Assembly: GCA_027923505.1 (NCBI GenBank)
Contig: BROI01000001.1
Span: 992,001-1,056,000, forward strand
Direction of reading: 5' to 3'
Source of the DNA: Mayamaea pseudoterrestris
Taxonomy: Eukaryota
DNA length: 64,000 nucleotides
Part shown: one piece after another, positions 1-11,241 of the stretch
How positions within the stretch are numbered: the first letter of the stretch is position 1
How the letters are laid out: the number at the start of each line of letters is the position of its first letter
The notes under the pieces: model-generated
What the model saw: only the letters and a program-made list of their open reading frames with translations
Databases searched by the model: none
What the model was told of the DNA's origin: nothing
Made by a program: the position numbers and the translations under genes

Positions 1-333
1 CGGAAAGACAGTAAATGCTGAGACAGACAAGTCATTTCGTTGTATCAGTAGCGAATTGATCAAACCGATGGCTGAAATAAGCAGCCATCTTGTACGTCGA
101 AGGGGCAGTCTCATGGTGCAGAATGTGAATGAACGAGAGATTACACTTTGATGGTGGCGCGCCTGCGCGGTTATTGACGTCATCATCGTCGCTCCGTTAC
201 TGCGGCTAGCCCCTGCTATCTACCGGTAGTTCACGGGTTCAATCTGCTTGATACTTGTAGGAAGAATTGGTGTAGATATAGCTATTCGCGCTACTGGATA
301 TTGCTCCTACCTGCTTTCCTGACCGCTTGTTCG

Positions 334-2037
334 TTACAGGTTTGCCAACTTTGTAATAACCAGCACCCAAGCGTGTTGGCAAGGAATATCGCTTGGAGTC
401 AGCAGTGGCAGCGCAATGTCCATGCCAGATAATGGATCGAAAACTCCTTGATTGCGAAGCTGATAAGATATAGCCTTAATTCGACGGTTAATCTTCGCTG
501 ATGTAGCATTTCCTGTCGTCTGAATATCGCCTCTCGCGTTGCCCCACCCCATGAGTCGAACCTTCGTTTCACTCGTCGGCACCGGACACTCCAATCGTAA
601 AATATTGTCCTGCGGCCACTTGGTCATGATGACATGAAGCTGCTTGCGGTCCTTGCTCGTCGTATAGTAGGCGACGGTTTCGTTGCTGCCCCCGTCGATA
701 CTGTGATCCGTTTCATTTTGGCAAACTTTCCACGGACGGCTCTTGTAAATGGCGTCACCATTTACCTTGAGCCACTCGCCCATGCCAAGTAGACGATCCG
801 CAAAGATTGGCGCAATTGTTCCGTCGGCGCTGGGTCCTACGTTGAGCAGCAAGTTTCCATTTTTGCTTACGACTTGAGCAAGACTATCAACGAGCTCCTT
901 GGTCGTCATGTAGTCACTAATTGAAGCCTTACGATTGAAGCCCCAGCTGTTCTTGTCAATGGTCATGGCCTGTGTAATGAGCGGAATAACCAAAAATGAG
1001 CGAAACCGGACAATGGAGCCGCCATTCACCCAGCAACGTGATAGCCTTTCAACATAAATACTGTATACGTACATCCTCCCACTTGGTTTGCATTAATGCG
1101 TCCGGCTGGTACCGATCCGTACAAGTCAAGAAACCTCCATGTTTACATAAGGTGTTGTTGCCCCAGCGATCGTTCCAAATCACCTTATCTCGCACGCTAC
1201 TCTTGGTCGACAACCACGTTAAGAACTCGCGAGCCTTCCAGTAGGTACTGGTCGTCTCCCACTCCCCGTCGCTCCAAATGACGGATGGCTCATAGCGATT
1301 GACAATGTCATAGAGCTCCTTCATTGACTTGCTCGTGACAAAATCGTCTGTTTGATAGTCGTTTTCCTTGTCCTGCAGGTACATTGGATTGAACCACTCA
1401 TACAAGGAGTGATATATTCCAAACTCGATTGGCTTGTTGGTATGCGGCGACGTTGCATTTTTGACTGCGACTGCCAATTCTCCGAGCAAGTCACGACGCG
1501 GTCCAACGTCCACCGAGTTCCAGTTCCACGTGGTTGGCACGGAAGCGCTCGAGTTCCAATTGCAAAAGCCTTCGTGGTGCTTGCTGGTGAAAACAACGTA
1601 CTGGGCGCCGGCTTGAGCAAATAGCGAGGCCCAGTCTTGGGGATTGTAGAATTCTGCTTTGAAGCGATGAACATAGTTTTGGTATACGAATCCAGGTGGC
1701 TCAGTGGCGTTGATAAAGTCATCAAATTCCTGTGATCAAAAATGAAGTGAAGTGAAATGAGCAACTGGCAACATGGACATGGACATGACTAATATATACT
1801 CGCCTTCCAATGCCATCCGTGCCAATACTCCCAAAACCATTCCGTTTTGAAGGCTGGAACACTAAAGACGCCCCAGTGAATGAAAATGCCAAACTTGGCG
1901 TCGTCGTACCATTCCGGAAGTGGACGGGCGTCGAGTTCAGCCCAAGACAAGACGTCGTCTTTGCTGGTGGCTTTCAAGGATGCAGCTGCAGCAATAGACG
2001 CAAGAGCTGCGAGTGCAGTCAAGTATCGTTTAGTCAT
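334..2037 (-). CDS. Alpha-L-fucosidase (GH29), secreted; 3 exons (2037-1804, 1729-1073, 969-334)
   Basis: Signal peptide [22 protein letters not shown]29 motifs [42 protein letters not shown]. Introns 1730-1803 (GC-AG) and 970-1072 (GT-AG) join the frames. Confidence 0.93.
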
Positions 2038-2292
2038 GGTGCTTGGAACGGGTCTTGTTGCACTGAGAGCCAAATCGATTCATCATGGAGATGATCAGTG
2101 ACGAGGAAAGATCTTGATCTCGTTCCAACAAAATGTCTGTCCGGTACTCATTTAAAACCGGTACGACGTACGATTCAGACGACCGAACGCCGAGCTTCAT
2201 TTTGATGATCGTCACCATGGCTGATGAAGGAGTCGCTCCATGACTATAGTACATACATTAGCTCTCTCCAGACATTGAAAATTCTATAAAGC

Positions 2293-3579
2293 ATGAGCTG
2301 CCAAGTTATGCAGCATTGCTCGATGCTTATGAGAATAATGCCGCGCAATGTATCTCATTCACCCATTTACGGACGACTGAGAATCGGTCGAAAACGATCA
2401 TGTGCGTCAAACTCGAGCGATAAGCAATCAAACCAGCAAGAGGATTCACTCAAGAGACTTATAAACCAACGAAAGAAGGTAATTTCTGCATTTATTGCGG
2501 CAACTTCTTTCGTTGCCATTTGCCTTGCAGTGAATCAAAAGTCGAAGCACGAACGACGAGTCAAAATTCAAGAGCTTCCATTGGCGACTTCAGAAACACT
2601 TTCTGCAGCGTTCAATTCTTCGCATGACAGCAGCAACAACCACTATCTGAATCTACCCAAAATTTGGCAATTGGTGCAGCGAACGGCGCTCATGGGGAAG
2701 CACCAGCGCATGCGTGACGACTTGGTTAACATTCGAAAGTGGCATTTAGAGCATGGCTTCAAGGGAGGCCTCGTATTGAGAGACTTGACCAAGCCAGCCT
2801 TTGGCATGGACCTTGTTGCTGACGGACAAGTCAGCGATAACATTGACAATCTAAATGACAACGACGACTGGACCTTGCAGGAGATTATTGACGATCCAAC
2901 GAGACTGGCTCGACGAGAGTGCTACTACATGTATTATGAGATTCGTGAGGATGGTCAAGTCATTCAGCAAATATTCTGTCGAGGAACGACACTCAAGGCT
3001 GATATATTGACCTGTCTCGAGGCATGGATGGTATACGACGAAGACCTTGGCTGTCGATTGCATCGCGGCTTTCGCAATCAAGCTGACCGCATTCTTCATG
3101 ATGTACTTCCCTTACTATCACCACAGTCAAATAGACGCAGCACCGTTGAACTATGTGGACATTCCTTGGGCGGAGCTGTTGCCATGATTCTGGCCGCCAA
3201 GTTGCGCAAGCGTGGCTATCGAAACGTAGTTTCCGTCCTGACGATTGGCGAACCTCGGTTCTGCTGGAGCGACAAGGATGCAAGCATTTTAGCGGCGCAG
3301 CTACCCAAGAATACATTGCGCATGGAAGGGGACTTGGACTTTGTCACGTTTCTGCCACCATTTGGGTCGCATCCAATGGTCAACAAACTTTGGTTGGCAA
3401 GTTGCGATGGTGGCGCAGTTGAAGGTGAAGCGTTGCAGTCTCTGCGGATTGTCAATGTGCACACGCACTCTTGGACCGATCGCGTCTGGATGAATCTGCA
3501 AATTTGGAAGTTGTTACAACTTCGCGGAAAGCCCCATCGGCTTCCATACTATGTGGAGGCCTTGCAGCGCGAGAATTAA
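2293..3579 (+). CDS. Lipase class 3 family alpha/beta hydrolase with N-terminal hydrophobic segment
   Basis: FCRGT lid motif, LHRGF, nucleophile GHSLGG, TIGEPR, DFVTFLPP and C-terminal His (PHRLPYY). Start codon uncertain. Confidence 0.88.
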   Translation: MSCQVMQHCSMLMRIMPRNVSHSPIYGRLRIGRKRSCASNSSDKQSNQQEDSLKRLINQRKKVISAFIAATSFVAICLAVNQKSKHERRVKIQELPLATSETLSAAFNSSHDSSNNHYLNLPKIWQLVQRTALMGKHQRMRDDLVNIRKWHLEHGFKGGLVLRDLTKPAFGMDLVADGQVSDNIDNLNDNDDWTLQEIIDDPTRLARRECYYMYYEIREDGQVIQQIFCRGTTLKADILTCLEAWMVYDEDLGCRLHRGFRNQADRILHDVLPLLSPQSNRRSTVELCGHSLGGAVAMILAAKLRKRGYRNVVSVLTIGEPRFCWSDKDASILAAQLPKNTLRMEGDLDFVTFLPPFGSHPMVNKLWLASCDGGAVEGEALQSLRIVNVHTHSWTDRVWMNLQIWKLLQLRGKPHRLPYYVEALQREN

Positions 3580-3720
3580 TGCGCCTTAGTTGTTGCCACG
3601 CGTCAATATACATTTAGTTATAGAGCAAGCGGGTTGACTCGCAGTCGGCATCACAATATTGTAAACAAGCAAGTGCACATTCAAATCAAATAATTATTAT
3701 AAAGCGATATATGCATTCGT

Positions 3721-4671
3721 CTATGCGTACGCGTTTGGCTTTTCCTCGTCCCAAAGATGCTCATATGTATACGCACTACTTTTGGCAAAGAACACCTCGC
3801 CACTGACAAAGCGATGTCCGCATTCCAATGCTTTCATTTGATCTAGATCCGCCTTGGAAAGCTTGAGATTCCTCGCATCAAAGTTTTCCTGCAGACGCTC
3901 CGGCGATGACGACTTGCAGATTGCCGAGTGGCCATGGGCCAGCGCCCATGCCAACAAAACTTGAGCAGGCGTTACACTCAGCTTCGAGGCGATTGACTTG
4001 ATAATGACATTATCCAACAGCGTCGTATGGCCAGCTCCAAGCGGACCATAAGCTGTCACGTGTACGCCATGCTTGTCGCAGTATTGCTTGAGCTTTTCCT
4101 GCTGAAGATACGGGTGACACTCGACTTGGTTTACCGCCGGCGGAATGCGAACCTTGGTAAGCAAGTCGGAGAGTTTTAAGATACTAAAGTTGGAGACGCC
4201 AATGCTTCGAACAAGCCCGTCGTCCACGGCCTTCTCCATCTCTGTCCACGTCGCTTCGATCGGGCATTTGTCCAATGGTATGATTTGATCGGGCGCCGGC
4301 GGCATATCGTGGCCCTTCTTCAACGCCACGGGCCAATGAATCAAGTACAGATCCAGATACCCGAGCTGCAAGTCTCGAAGGGTACTTTCCAAAGCAGGGC
4401 GCACATCGTCCGTCGCATGAGCATCGTTCCATAGTTTCGAAGTGACAAAAAGCTCTTCGCGCTTGACGAGTTTTTCATCGATAACATTTTTGAGCTCCTG
4501 ACCAATCTCCTTTTCGTTTCCATACATTTTGGCACAGTCGATGTGGCGATAACCAATGCGAATTGCTTCCTTGATGGTCGCGACTCGGCCGCCATCCTTG
4601 GCCAGTTTCCATGTTCCTAGTCCAAGTGCTGGGATCTCGTAGCCTGAATTCAGCTTGAAAGTTTTGATCAT
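3721..4671 (-). CDS. Aldo-keto reductase (aldehyde/aldose reductase-like)
   Basis: GLGTW, GYRHIDCAKMYGNE, LFVTSKLW, YLDLYLIHWP, SIGVSNF, NQVECHPY; single 316-aa ORF. Confidence 0.95.
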   Translation of the reverse strand: MIKTFKLNSGYEIPALGLGTWKLAKDGGRVATIKEAIRIGYRHIDCAKMYGNEKEIGQELKNVIDEKLVKREELFVTSKLWNDAHATDDVRPALESTLRDLQLGYLDLYLIHWPVALKKGHDMPPAPDQIIPLDKCPIEATWTEMEKAVDDGLVRSIGVSNFSILKLSDLLTKVRIPPAVNQVECHPYLQQEKLKQYCDKHGVHVTAYGPLGAGHTTLLDNVIIKSIASKLSVTPAQVLLAWALAHGHSAICKSSSPERLQENFDARNLKLSKADLDQMKALECGHRFVSGEVFFAKSSAYTYEHLWDEEKPNAYA

Positions 4672-5232
4672 GGTATAAAAAGTTTTGCTTGCTATTGCGG
4701 TGAAGCAGGACGATGATTCCGCTCACTCTACATCCGCCGTCGAGTGTTCGCAAGCAAATATTGCGAACCTGCGAAGCGAAGGCGAACGCCGAACGCGTCA
4801 TGGAAACTCTTCGCGAAACCACGAGTCAAACAATCGACTGACAGTTATTCATCGTATCGATCGCATAATGACTAGCGCTTTTCTTCACAGCGTAATTACA
4901 TGTAACAATTCCCAGATACACAAGACAAGATTGTCAGTGCCAAATCGAAATAGCCGACAGCAAAGCGATAAGCGACGTGGACGCGGCTATCTTCATCAGT
5001 TCTATCGTTGATTCTCTCGTGAAAAGGATATTTTCAGTCTCTCAACATCTATTAAATGTATCAAGTAAGTCATCCGTCGTACGCCGAAAGCGGTCGAAGA
5101 ATTGATCCTTCCCACCATGGTCGTCGTCCCTTTCCTGCAGGTCGCACGATTGACACATCGTCAACCACGTTTCCATGTGTCGTAACGGTATTCGACCTTG
5201 GAGGATCTTCGTCACATTTTTTCGCCTCCATC

Positions 5233-5655
5233 ATGCTCCATTTTCGCTTCACCATCATTACAACGCTGTGTTTCTTTGGTATCGCCAGCGCCTCGAGCCG
5301 CGAAAGAATGGGAACGAGAGGAAGCAGCCGTCATCGGATTAACCAGGTTTTTGTCAAAGCGCCCGAAATTCCGATGACAATGACGGACGCTCCGACAGCT
5401 GCGACTTTGATTGCTCCTACAACTATGGTGGAAGATTACCCAACCGTTAAGCCTACGTATATTGTGGTAGAAACTCCTGCGTTTGTTGCACAAGCACCGT
5501 CCAGTGCTCCTTCTTCTATTCATACCGTATCACCGATAGTTGCCACTGCTCTGCCGCTGCCCACAGCCAATGCTGTCACGAGCCCGTCCGTGGCGATAAC
5601 GTTGGACATTCCGAGTGCGGTACCGACAGTTGCTCCTTCAACTGACTTGATTTGA
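5233..5655 (+). CDS. Small secreted Pro/Thr/Ala-rich protein
   Basis: Signal peptide MLHFRFTIITTLCFFGIASA, a basic pro-segment, then APT/APS-rich low-complexity sequence. Confidence 0.6.
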   Translation: MLHFRFTIITTLCFFGIASASSRERMGTRGSSRHRINQVFVKAPEIPMTMTDAPTAATLIAPTTMVEDYPTVKPTYIVVETPAFVAQAPSSAPSSIHTVSPIVATALPLPTANAVTSPSVAITLDIPSAVPTVAPSTDLI

Positions 5656-6015
5656 AAGTATAGGTAGCTCTTTCGATAGATGCGTGCGAATTGGGAAGTG
5701 GTTAGACCTGCGACCTGTGACGGTGAGTTGCTCGGCAATCCGATTCCTGCGCTTTTACAGATAGATACATAAATTTAGAGATTAGAGACTTAAACCTTAT
5801 ACATTTACATAAGGTAACATTTTCTGCGTTCCTTAGCACGCCTCGATGAGCATTAAATCAGCGCTTGCCTGACATACAAACTCGTAACATTCATGCCTCG
5901 TTGATTAAACGACGTTTCACTTCCAGCTAATGGAGCGGATACGACCGGAAATGCGGCTTTGTAATTGATACTTTTGTAGCAGGGTAAAAGATAATTATCT
6001 TGAATTCGGTTAATG

Positions 6016-9000
6016 TCAAAACTCAAGGTCAACATGACCATCTTTCGGACTATTGTCTGCTCGAACTGTCACCATGATGGAGATGATACGACCCAAAAGG
6101 GAATGCGGATGTCCTTGCATATTGCTCTTGGGCGTGTTGCCCACGGTGTTCCAGCGACCTGGTTCTCCAGCGAGCAACACGCGCACATTCTTGTCAATGT
6201 GTACGCGCGGAACAAAGACAAAGATGCGGCCCGAACGTTGCAACTCCGTACTAATACGAAGATGCAGTCGATTGTTTGACGGCTTGAATAAGACAAGTTC
6301 TTGGCCACAGGAAAAATGAAAATCAGATCCAATGTACTGCGGCCATTCTGGTGAGACGGGCTTGATGTGGAATATCTCTGTAGCGTGCGCGTTCAAATAC
6401 TTGCTGATTGTCTGGTCGGAGCTACGTATCTGGCCATCGCCTGATATTTTCATCTGAGGAAGCCAACTGTACTTGCTGGACCAAAAGGCAAACACATGGT
6501 AACCATGTTCCGCAAGCTGAGTATCCTCCGAATCTTCACTAGTTCCCCACCCGTGAGCTGGAGGTGGTAGCAGAGCAAAAGGCGGAATGTGGATAACATC
6601 AGGGCGATCCAGCCAGTTGCTTATACTCACGACCGTCCAAGAACCAAGTCCTGATGTTACATGGAGACAGCTCCGCTTACGCTCAATGGGAGCGGTCGCC
6701 GCAGTCGTGCCGTTTGGGTAAAAGGAGGCTTGCCTTGCAAAATACGTAGCAGCGGCATTATAATCACGCTCCCCGGCAGGGACAGATACAACATATTCAT
6801 CATTTCGAAAACGATCCAAAACGCCGTACTTGTCCGTACACCAAAGGCGTAGTAGACTTGGAATGCCGCCGTTCGTACTGTGCAGATCTAGCACCACAGC
6901 AGTCACACCAGTTAACGGAAATATTTTGCTCAATATGCGCATACGGTGGTCCGGTACCTTGGGTAAGTCGTCCGACAGTAAAAGCATGCCACAAGTCATG
7001 GCGACAACTGACGCTGCGCTCGCAACCTCGTCATCGGACAACCGTGTATGTTCCCCAAACATGAGACAGTCTGGATCATTATGCCACCAACGATGGCCCA
7101 ATGGCGCACGAGCCACCGAATTCCGAAGCATGGCGCGTAACGACGGCAGTGTTCCGTTGTCCCAATACGGCAAAGGCCTCGCCGGATACCAAGTTGGCCC
7201 CGTGTCAGCGGAAACTCTCATAGCGTCCACGAAACCAATCCCCGTCGCAATCGGACAGCCGCAACCAATCAGATAAACGTCGGGGCCAGCAGCATGACGA
7301 ATTGTCTGCAAGGCGAGATCCATTGCTTCGGCACGAGACATGGACGGATCATACTTGCCATTTCCCTCCAAACATGCGGCGTACAAAAAGTCAATTTTAA
7401 GAACATTAAATCCCCATTGCTTTACAGCTCGTTGTACCGACGTATGCACATGGTGCCGAACTGCCGGATTCGTAGCATCCAAGCCATAAAACCACTTGCC
7501 GCAGTTTGAAGAGTTAGCAGGCGCTCCAGCATGGTTGCGAATGATCCAATCAGGATGATTCTTTGCGAGTTTACTGTGCTTGTCGGCTGCAAAAGGAGCC
7601 ATCCATACACCAGGTCGCATGCCAAACCTCGAAATATCTCTGGAAACTGCCTCCATCCCCTGAGGAAACTCCTTAAGCTTAATCGAATCCCAGTCTCCCC
7701 AGGCCGTCATGTAGCCATCATCAACAACTGACACATTTGTTGGCACAGTTGTCCGTAGACCTGCCATTTTACTAAAATTGTCGCGAAGCATTTGCGCCGA
7801 AATGCGTTCATAAGCAAAGTACCAGCTGCACCAGCCCGTCAATAGGCTTCCATTTTGTAAAGGCCTGGCTGCGTTGTGGGCAGCTACATGCTGCAAGTAG
7901 TGCACCATGGGTTCTTCGTCGTATGAATGTGGAGCAACGAGTTGCGCATACGCCCAATCCGTGCAGTGCCTGGCCGACGAGTCGTCGTCCGCCAAAAAGA
8001 CTTGTCCGTGACCTGACAGGTGCATTTGCAGCCGCTCCAGCTCCTGATCAACAGCAATGACGCCAAAGTGCCGTCGATTCGACAGCCACCCAAGGAGTAG
8101 TGCTGGACCACCAGTTTCGTCAAGTTGCTGATACGGCACACTATTGTCAGCTTTGGTCGACGCCGTCGTCTTGGTCGTAAAGTCCGTGGTAAGATTTTCG
8201 TCTTGTGACGGGAGTCGCGACATGCTAGCCGGATGATTGGCACGCGAAAAGCTGCCTCGGATTGTTCCAAGGTTGGCCTGCGACAAGGTCTCCTTGATCG
8301 TTTGTAGACTCTGCGTCTTGAGCGTCTCTTGCACCATTGTCCGAAACTCGCGCTTCTTTGGCACTGGAACGTCACTGGTGATACACGTAAAGAACTCTGA
8401 CTGGTAAAACTGGGTAAAGGGAGGCCTAACCGGCAAGACTGTCGCGGAGAAGAGGTCATCGGAAACAATTGGCGCGTTTGGCGGACAGCTCGCCCCATAG
8501 TTGAACGCGCGCGAAAAGACATTCGGGAGTGCCGACGTTGGTTGCGGATGACCTCTTGGAATGCTTCCCGCAAAGCTCCAAGACTGATAGCCGTTGATGT
8601 AGATATGAGTCGCGTCAACTACAGTAGCTTGTAGCAGATTATTTGGCGCCGGCTTGGTCGACAAGTATCCATCAAGGACCGTCAAACTTTCCAACGCGTA
8701 GTCTTGCAGTGCCGGAAACTCGACACGCCACAACAAAGGAGGATCATTGTCTTTAATTTTAGGTAGCGCAAATACCAGACATATTGCTGAACTCAAGGTA
8801 TCATCATCAATATCGCTTACACCCGAAACATCGTCATCAAGTGATGCGGTTGTGGTCGTCTGGTTTGTTCGACTCGCTGCATTCGCACTCATTCGTTCCT
8901 TCGCTTGCTGCCAAGCTGCCGCCAAATGAGGTGGAACACGAGTCTGATCATCGTCCAAAAGTGGCAAGTTCGGCAGATAAACCTTCAATGCGGAGCAACT

Positions 9001-9675
9001 GCCCATGTCGGAGATTTCAGGGTAGTCAGTCACAACTTGCACTGCCAAGACGTCGCGCGTCGTGTACTTGCGGCAAACATAATCAACTATCTCCTCTGCG
9101 GCTCCACAGCAAGAACCACAGCAAATGGACGATTTCGAGTAGCAGCATGCGCAGGAGCGTTTTGTAAATTCTGCCAAGGCTTGCCAGGCTGGAAAGTATG
9201 TCACGCTGAGCAAGACGTCGCTTTCTAGTGTCCAGTAGGGAGACGCAAATGACCAGCCAGTACTTGTATATGCAGCAGGGCTCATGTTAGCTGCATTCTG
9301 AGTGTCTGTCGCTGTCATTTGTCGCGTTTCTACAAGAGAATCCGATTCCTTGGGTGATGGGGGTCCATCGAATTCGTCAGCTGCAGCAGCAACTCCAATA
9401 TCCGAAGTGGATTCCGTATCGGACGTTCCTTGTCGCTGCATTGGCAACCCTTCCATCATGGGAGCGCTCCAAGCACCATCTTGAGAGCTCAGTGAATGAA
9501 TCATCATGGAGTTGTTTGTGTCATTCTCCGCGCCGCTGCCGATTGGAATCTGAAGCGAAAAGATCCAATCATCCGAGCGGCTGTCGCTTCGGTTGCGATT
9601 CGTCTTAAATTTCATGAGTTCTCGTTTACTCATCGCGATAGGCAATGTAAATGTCCGGATAAAGGCGATGCTCAA
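6016..9675 (-). CDS. Alpha-galactosidase (GH36/melibiase-type) with long N-terminal extension; true 5' end uncertain
   Basis: INGYQSWS, GWCSWY, VDDGY, PGVWMAPF, nucleophile LKIDFLY, IGCG, acid/base MRVSADTG, WHNDPDCL. The ORF begins at a TTG; the in-frame ATGs lie downstream. Confidence 0.88.
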   Translation of the reverse strand: MSIAFIRTFTLPIAMSKRELMKFKTNRNRSDSRSDDWIFSLQIPIGSGAENDTNNSMMIHSLSSQDGAWSAPMMEGLPMQRQGTSDTESTSDIGVAAAADEFDGPPSPKESDSLVETRQMTATDTQNAANMSPAAYTSTGWSFASPYWTLESDVLLSVTYFPAWQALAEFTKRSCACCYSKSSICCGSCCGAAEEIVDYVCRKYTTRDVLAVQVVTDYPEISDMGSCSALKVYLPNLPLLDDDQTRVPPHLAAAWQQAKERMSANAASRTNQTTTTASLDDDVSGVSDIDDDTLSSAICLVFALPKIKDNDPPLLWRVEFPALQDYALESLTVLDGYLSTKPAPNNLLQATVVDATHIYINGYQSWSFAGSIPRGHPQPTSALPNVFSRAFNYGASCPPNAPIVSDDLFSATVLPVRPPFTQFYQSEFFTCITSDVPVPKKREFRTMVQETLKTQSLQTIKETLSQANLGTIRGSFSRANHPASMSRLPSQDENLTTDFTTKTTASTKADNSVPYQQLDETGGPALLLGWLSNRRHFGVIAVDQELERLQMHLSGHGQVFLADDDSSARHCTDWAYAQLVAPHSYDEEPMVHYLQHVAAHNAARPLQNGSLLTGWCSWYFAYERISAQMLRDNFSKMAGLRTTVPTNVSVVDDGYMTAWGDWDSIKLKEFPQGMEAVSRDISRFGMRPGVWMAPFAADKHSKLAKNHPDWIIRNHAGAPANSSNCGKWFYGLDATNPAVRHHVHTSVQRAVKQWGFNVLKIDFLYAACLEGNGKYDPSMSRAEAMDLALQTIRHAAGPDVYLIGCGCPIATGIGFVDAMRVSADTGPTWYPARPLPYWDNGTLPSLRAMLRNSVARAPLGHRWWHNDPDCLMFGEHTRLSDDEVASAASVVAMTCGMLLLSDDLPKVPDHRMRILSKIFPLTGVTAVVLDLHSTNGGIPSLLRLWCTDKYGVLDRFRNDEYVVSVPAGERDYNAAATYFARQASFYPNGTTAATAPIERKRSCLHVTSGLGSWTVVSISNWLDRPDVIHIPPFALLPPPAHGWGTSEDSEDTQLAEHGYHVFAFWSSKYSWLPQMKISGDGQIRSSDQTISKYLNAHATEIFHIKPVSPEWPQYIGSDFHFSCGQELVLFKPSNNRLHLRISTELQRSGRIFVFVPRVHIDKNVRVLLAGEPGRWNTVGNTPKSNMQGHPHSLLGRIISIMVTVRADNSPKDGHVDLEF

Positions 9676-10014
9676 TCAATGAAGTCTGTTTTCGTCGTGA
9701 TCTTCCGTAATCTTCCTACTGTAGATTGTTCGATAGCATGAACCTTTCGAATGGAGGGACCCGATATCAGCGATGCGGAAAAGACACGTCATGAGAAACG
9801 CAGCGACACGTTAACCTCCGTGTGCGTGTTGCGCGGCTTGGCATGCCAAAAGAACAATAAATAGTTACTTTCGTCGTAAATCATGCTACAGCTAAACAAA
9901 TAATACTATTAAACAATATTTACTTACCTGGAGCTTCGGTGGCAAGATGGAAAGCCATACCGACAGCTAAAATCTAATCTAACTGAAAACCCAGTTTAGC
10001 TATCGCATTCAAAT

Positions 10015-10022
10015 TTTGGCGC
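10015..10022 (+). promoter_or_regulatory. Putative E2F-binding site TTTGGCGC about 90 bp upstream of the CDK start
   Basis: Exact match to the TTTSSCGC consensus in the promoter of a cell-cycle kinase. The motif is short, so chance cannot be excluded. Confidence 0.4.
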
Positions 10023-10111
10023 CATGCGCGCCAGCCGTCATGTCGCAGGATACCCTTGCTCCAACGAAGTGAGGGCCTCTCGCATTGCGTCGAGACTTCA
10101 TTGGATGCACC

Positions 10112-11241
10112 ATGGAGCGGTAAGTGCAAGCCGAAAGAGACATGTAGAGAGAGTCTACGAGCATGAGACTGTTGCAGATAGGATAGTCATGTCTTGTGAA
10201 AAAGGATTGCCGGAAAGGAATAATATTCGTTCGTCGTCATTGGACTTCATCAGCTCCACGAATTAGTCGACTGCAAGCTGCTTCACGCGAAGCGGAGTTT
10301 TCACAGTCTTGATGCATCCTCTCATCATTTCGCACTCTCCCATTCACCAAAGTTACGTCAAAATTGAAAAGCCGGGGTCAAACCTTGGAGAAGGGACGTA
10401 CGGAGTTGTCTACAAGGCTCGTGACGTGCAGACAGATGAGATTGTTGCCTTGAAGCGCATCCGTCTCGAGGTGGAGGATGAGGGTATTCCCTCGACGGCT
10501 TTGCGCGAAATTAGCTTGCTTCGAGAGCTCACGCATGAGAATATTGTAGATTTGAAGGACTGCATTCAGGAGGATGGTCGTTTGTACTTGGTCTTTGAGT
10601 TTCTCGAAAAGGATCTCAAAAAGTACATGGAGAGTTGCAGTGGACTTCTTGATACGGCGCTAGTTCGCTCGTATCTCTACCAGCTCACTCGCGGGCTTGC
10701 ATTTTGTCACGCTCGCGGTGTCATGCATCGCGACCTCAAGCCACAGAACCTCTTGGTGGATCGCAATGGCCGTCTCAAGATTGCCGACTTTGGATTGGCG
10801 CGCGCCTTTTGTCCTCCGATTCGTCCATTGACGCATGAAGTCGTGACGCTCTGGTACCGTCCTCCAGAGATTCTGCTCGGATGTCAGACGTATGCGCCGC
10901 CCATGGATATTTGGGCCGTCGGAACCATCTTTGTCGAGTTGGTTACCAAGCGACCGCTTTTTCCAGGAGACTCGGAGATTGATCAGCTCTACAAGATTTT
11001 CCGACAGCTTGGAACTCCCAATGAAGCTGTCTGGCCCAACGTAACGGCACTGACGGACTGGAACGCGGCTTTTCCGATCTGGCACAAGACGCCGTACCAT
11101 CAGGTCGTTCGCGAGAATTTGGATAACGATGGCATGGAGCTTCTCGAACTGTTCCTCATGTATGACCCCAAGGACCGCATCACAGCCAAGAACGCTCTCA
11201 CCCACCCCTACTTTGACGAGTTGTCCAAGGAGAACATTTAG
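10112..11241 (+). CDS. CDKA2: Cyclin-dependent kinase, PSTALRE type (diatom CDKA2-like); 8-nt first coding exon, intron 10120-10352
   Basis: ATGGAGCG|GTAAGT...AAAG|TTACGTC gives [64 protein letters not shown]. Confidence 0.92.

Noticed and set aside
9921..10030. U1 snRNA-like start (TACTTACCTGG) followed by hairpins and an Sm-like AATTTTGG
   Set aside because: Lacks the U1 loop I (GAUCAxGAAG) and loop II (AUUGCAC) motifs. It is more simply the reverse complement of a minus-strand CAG|GTAAGT donor, and the Sm-like word overlaps the E2F-like site.
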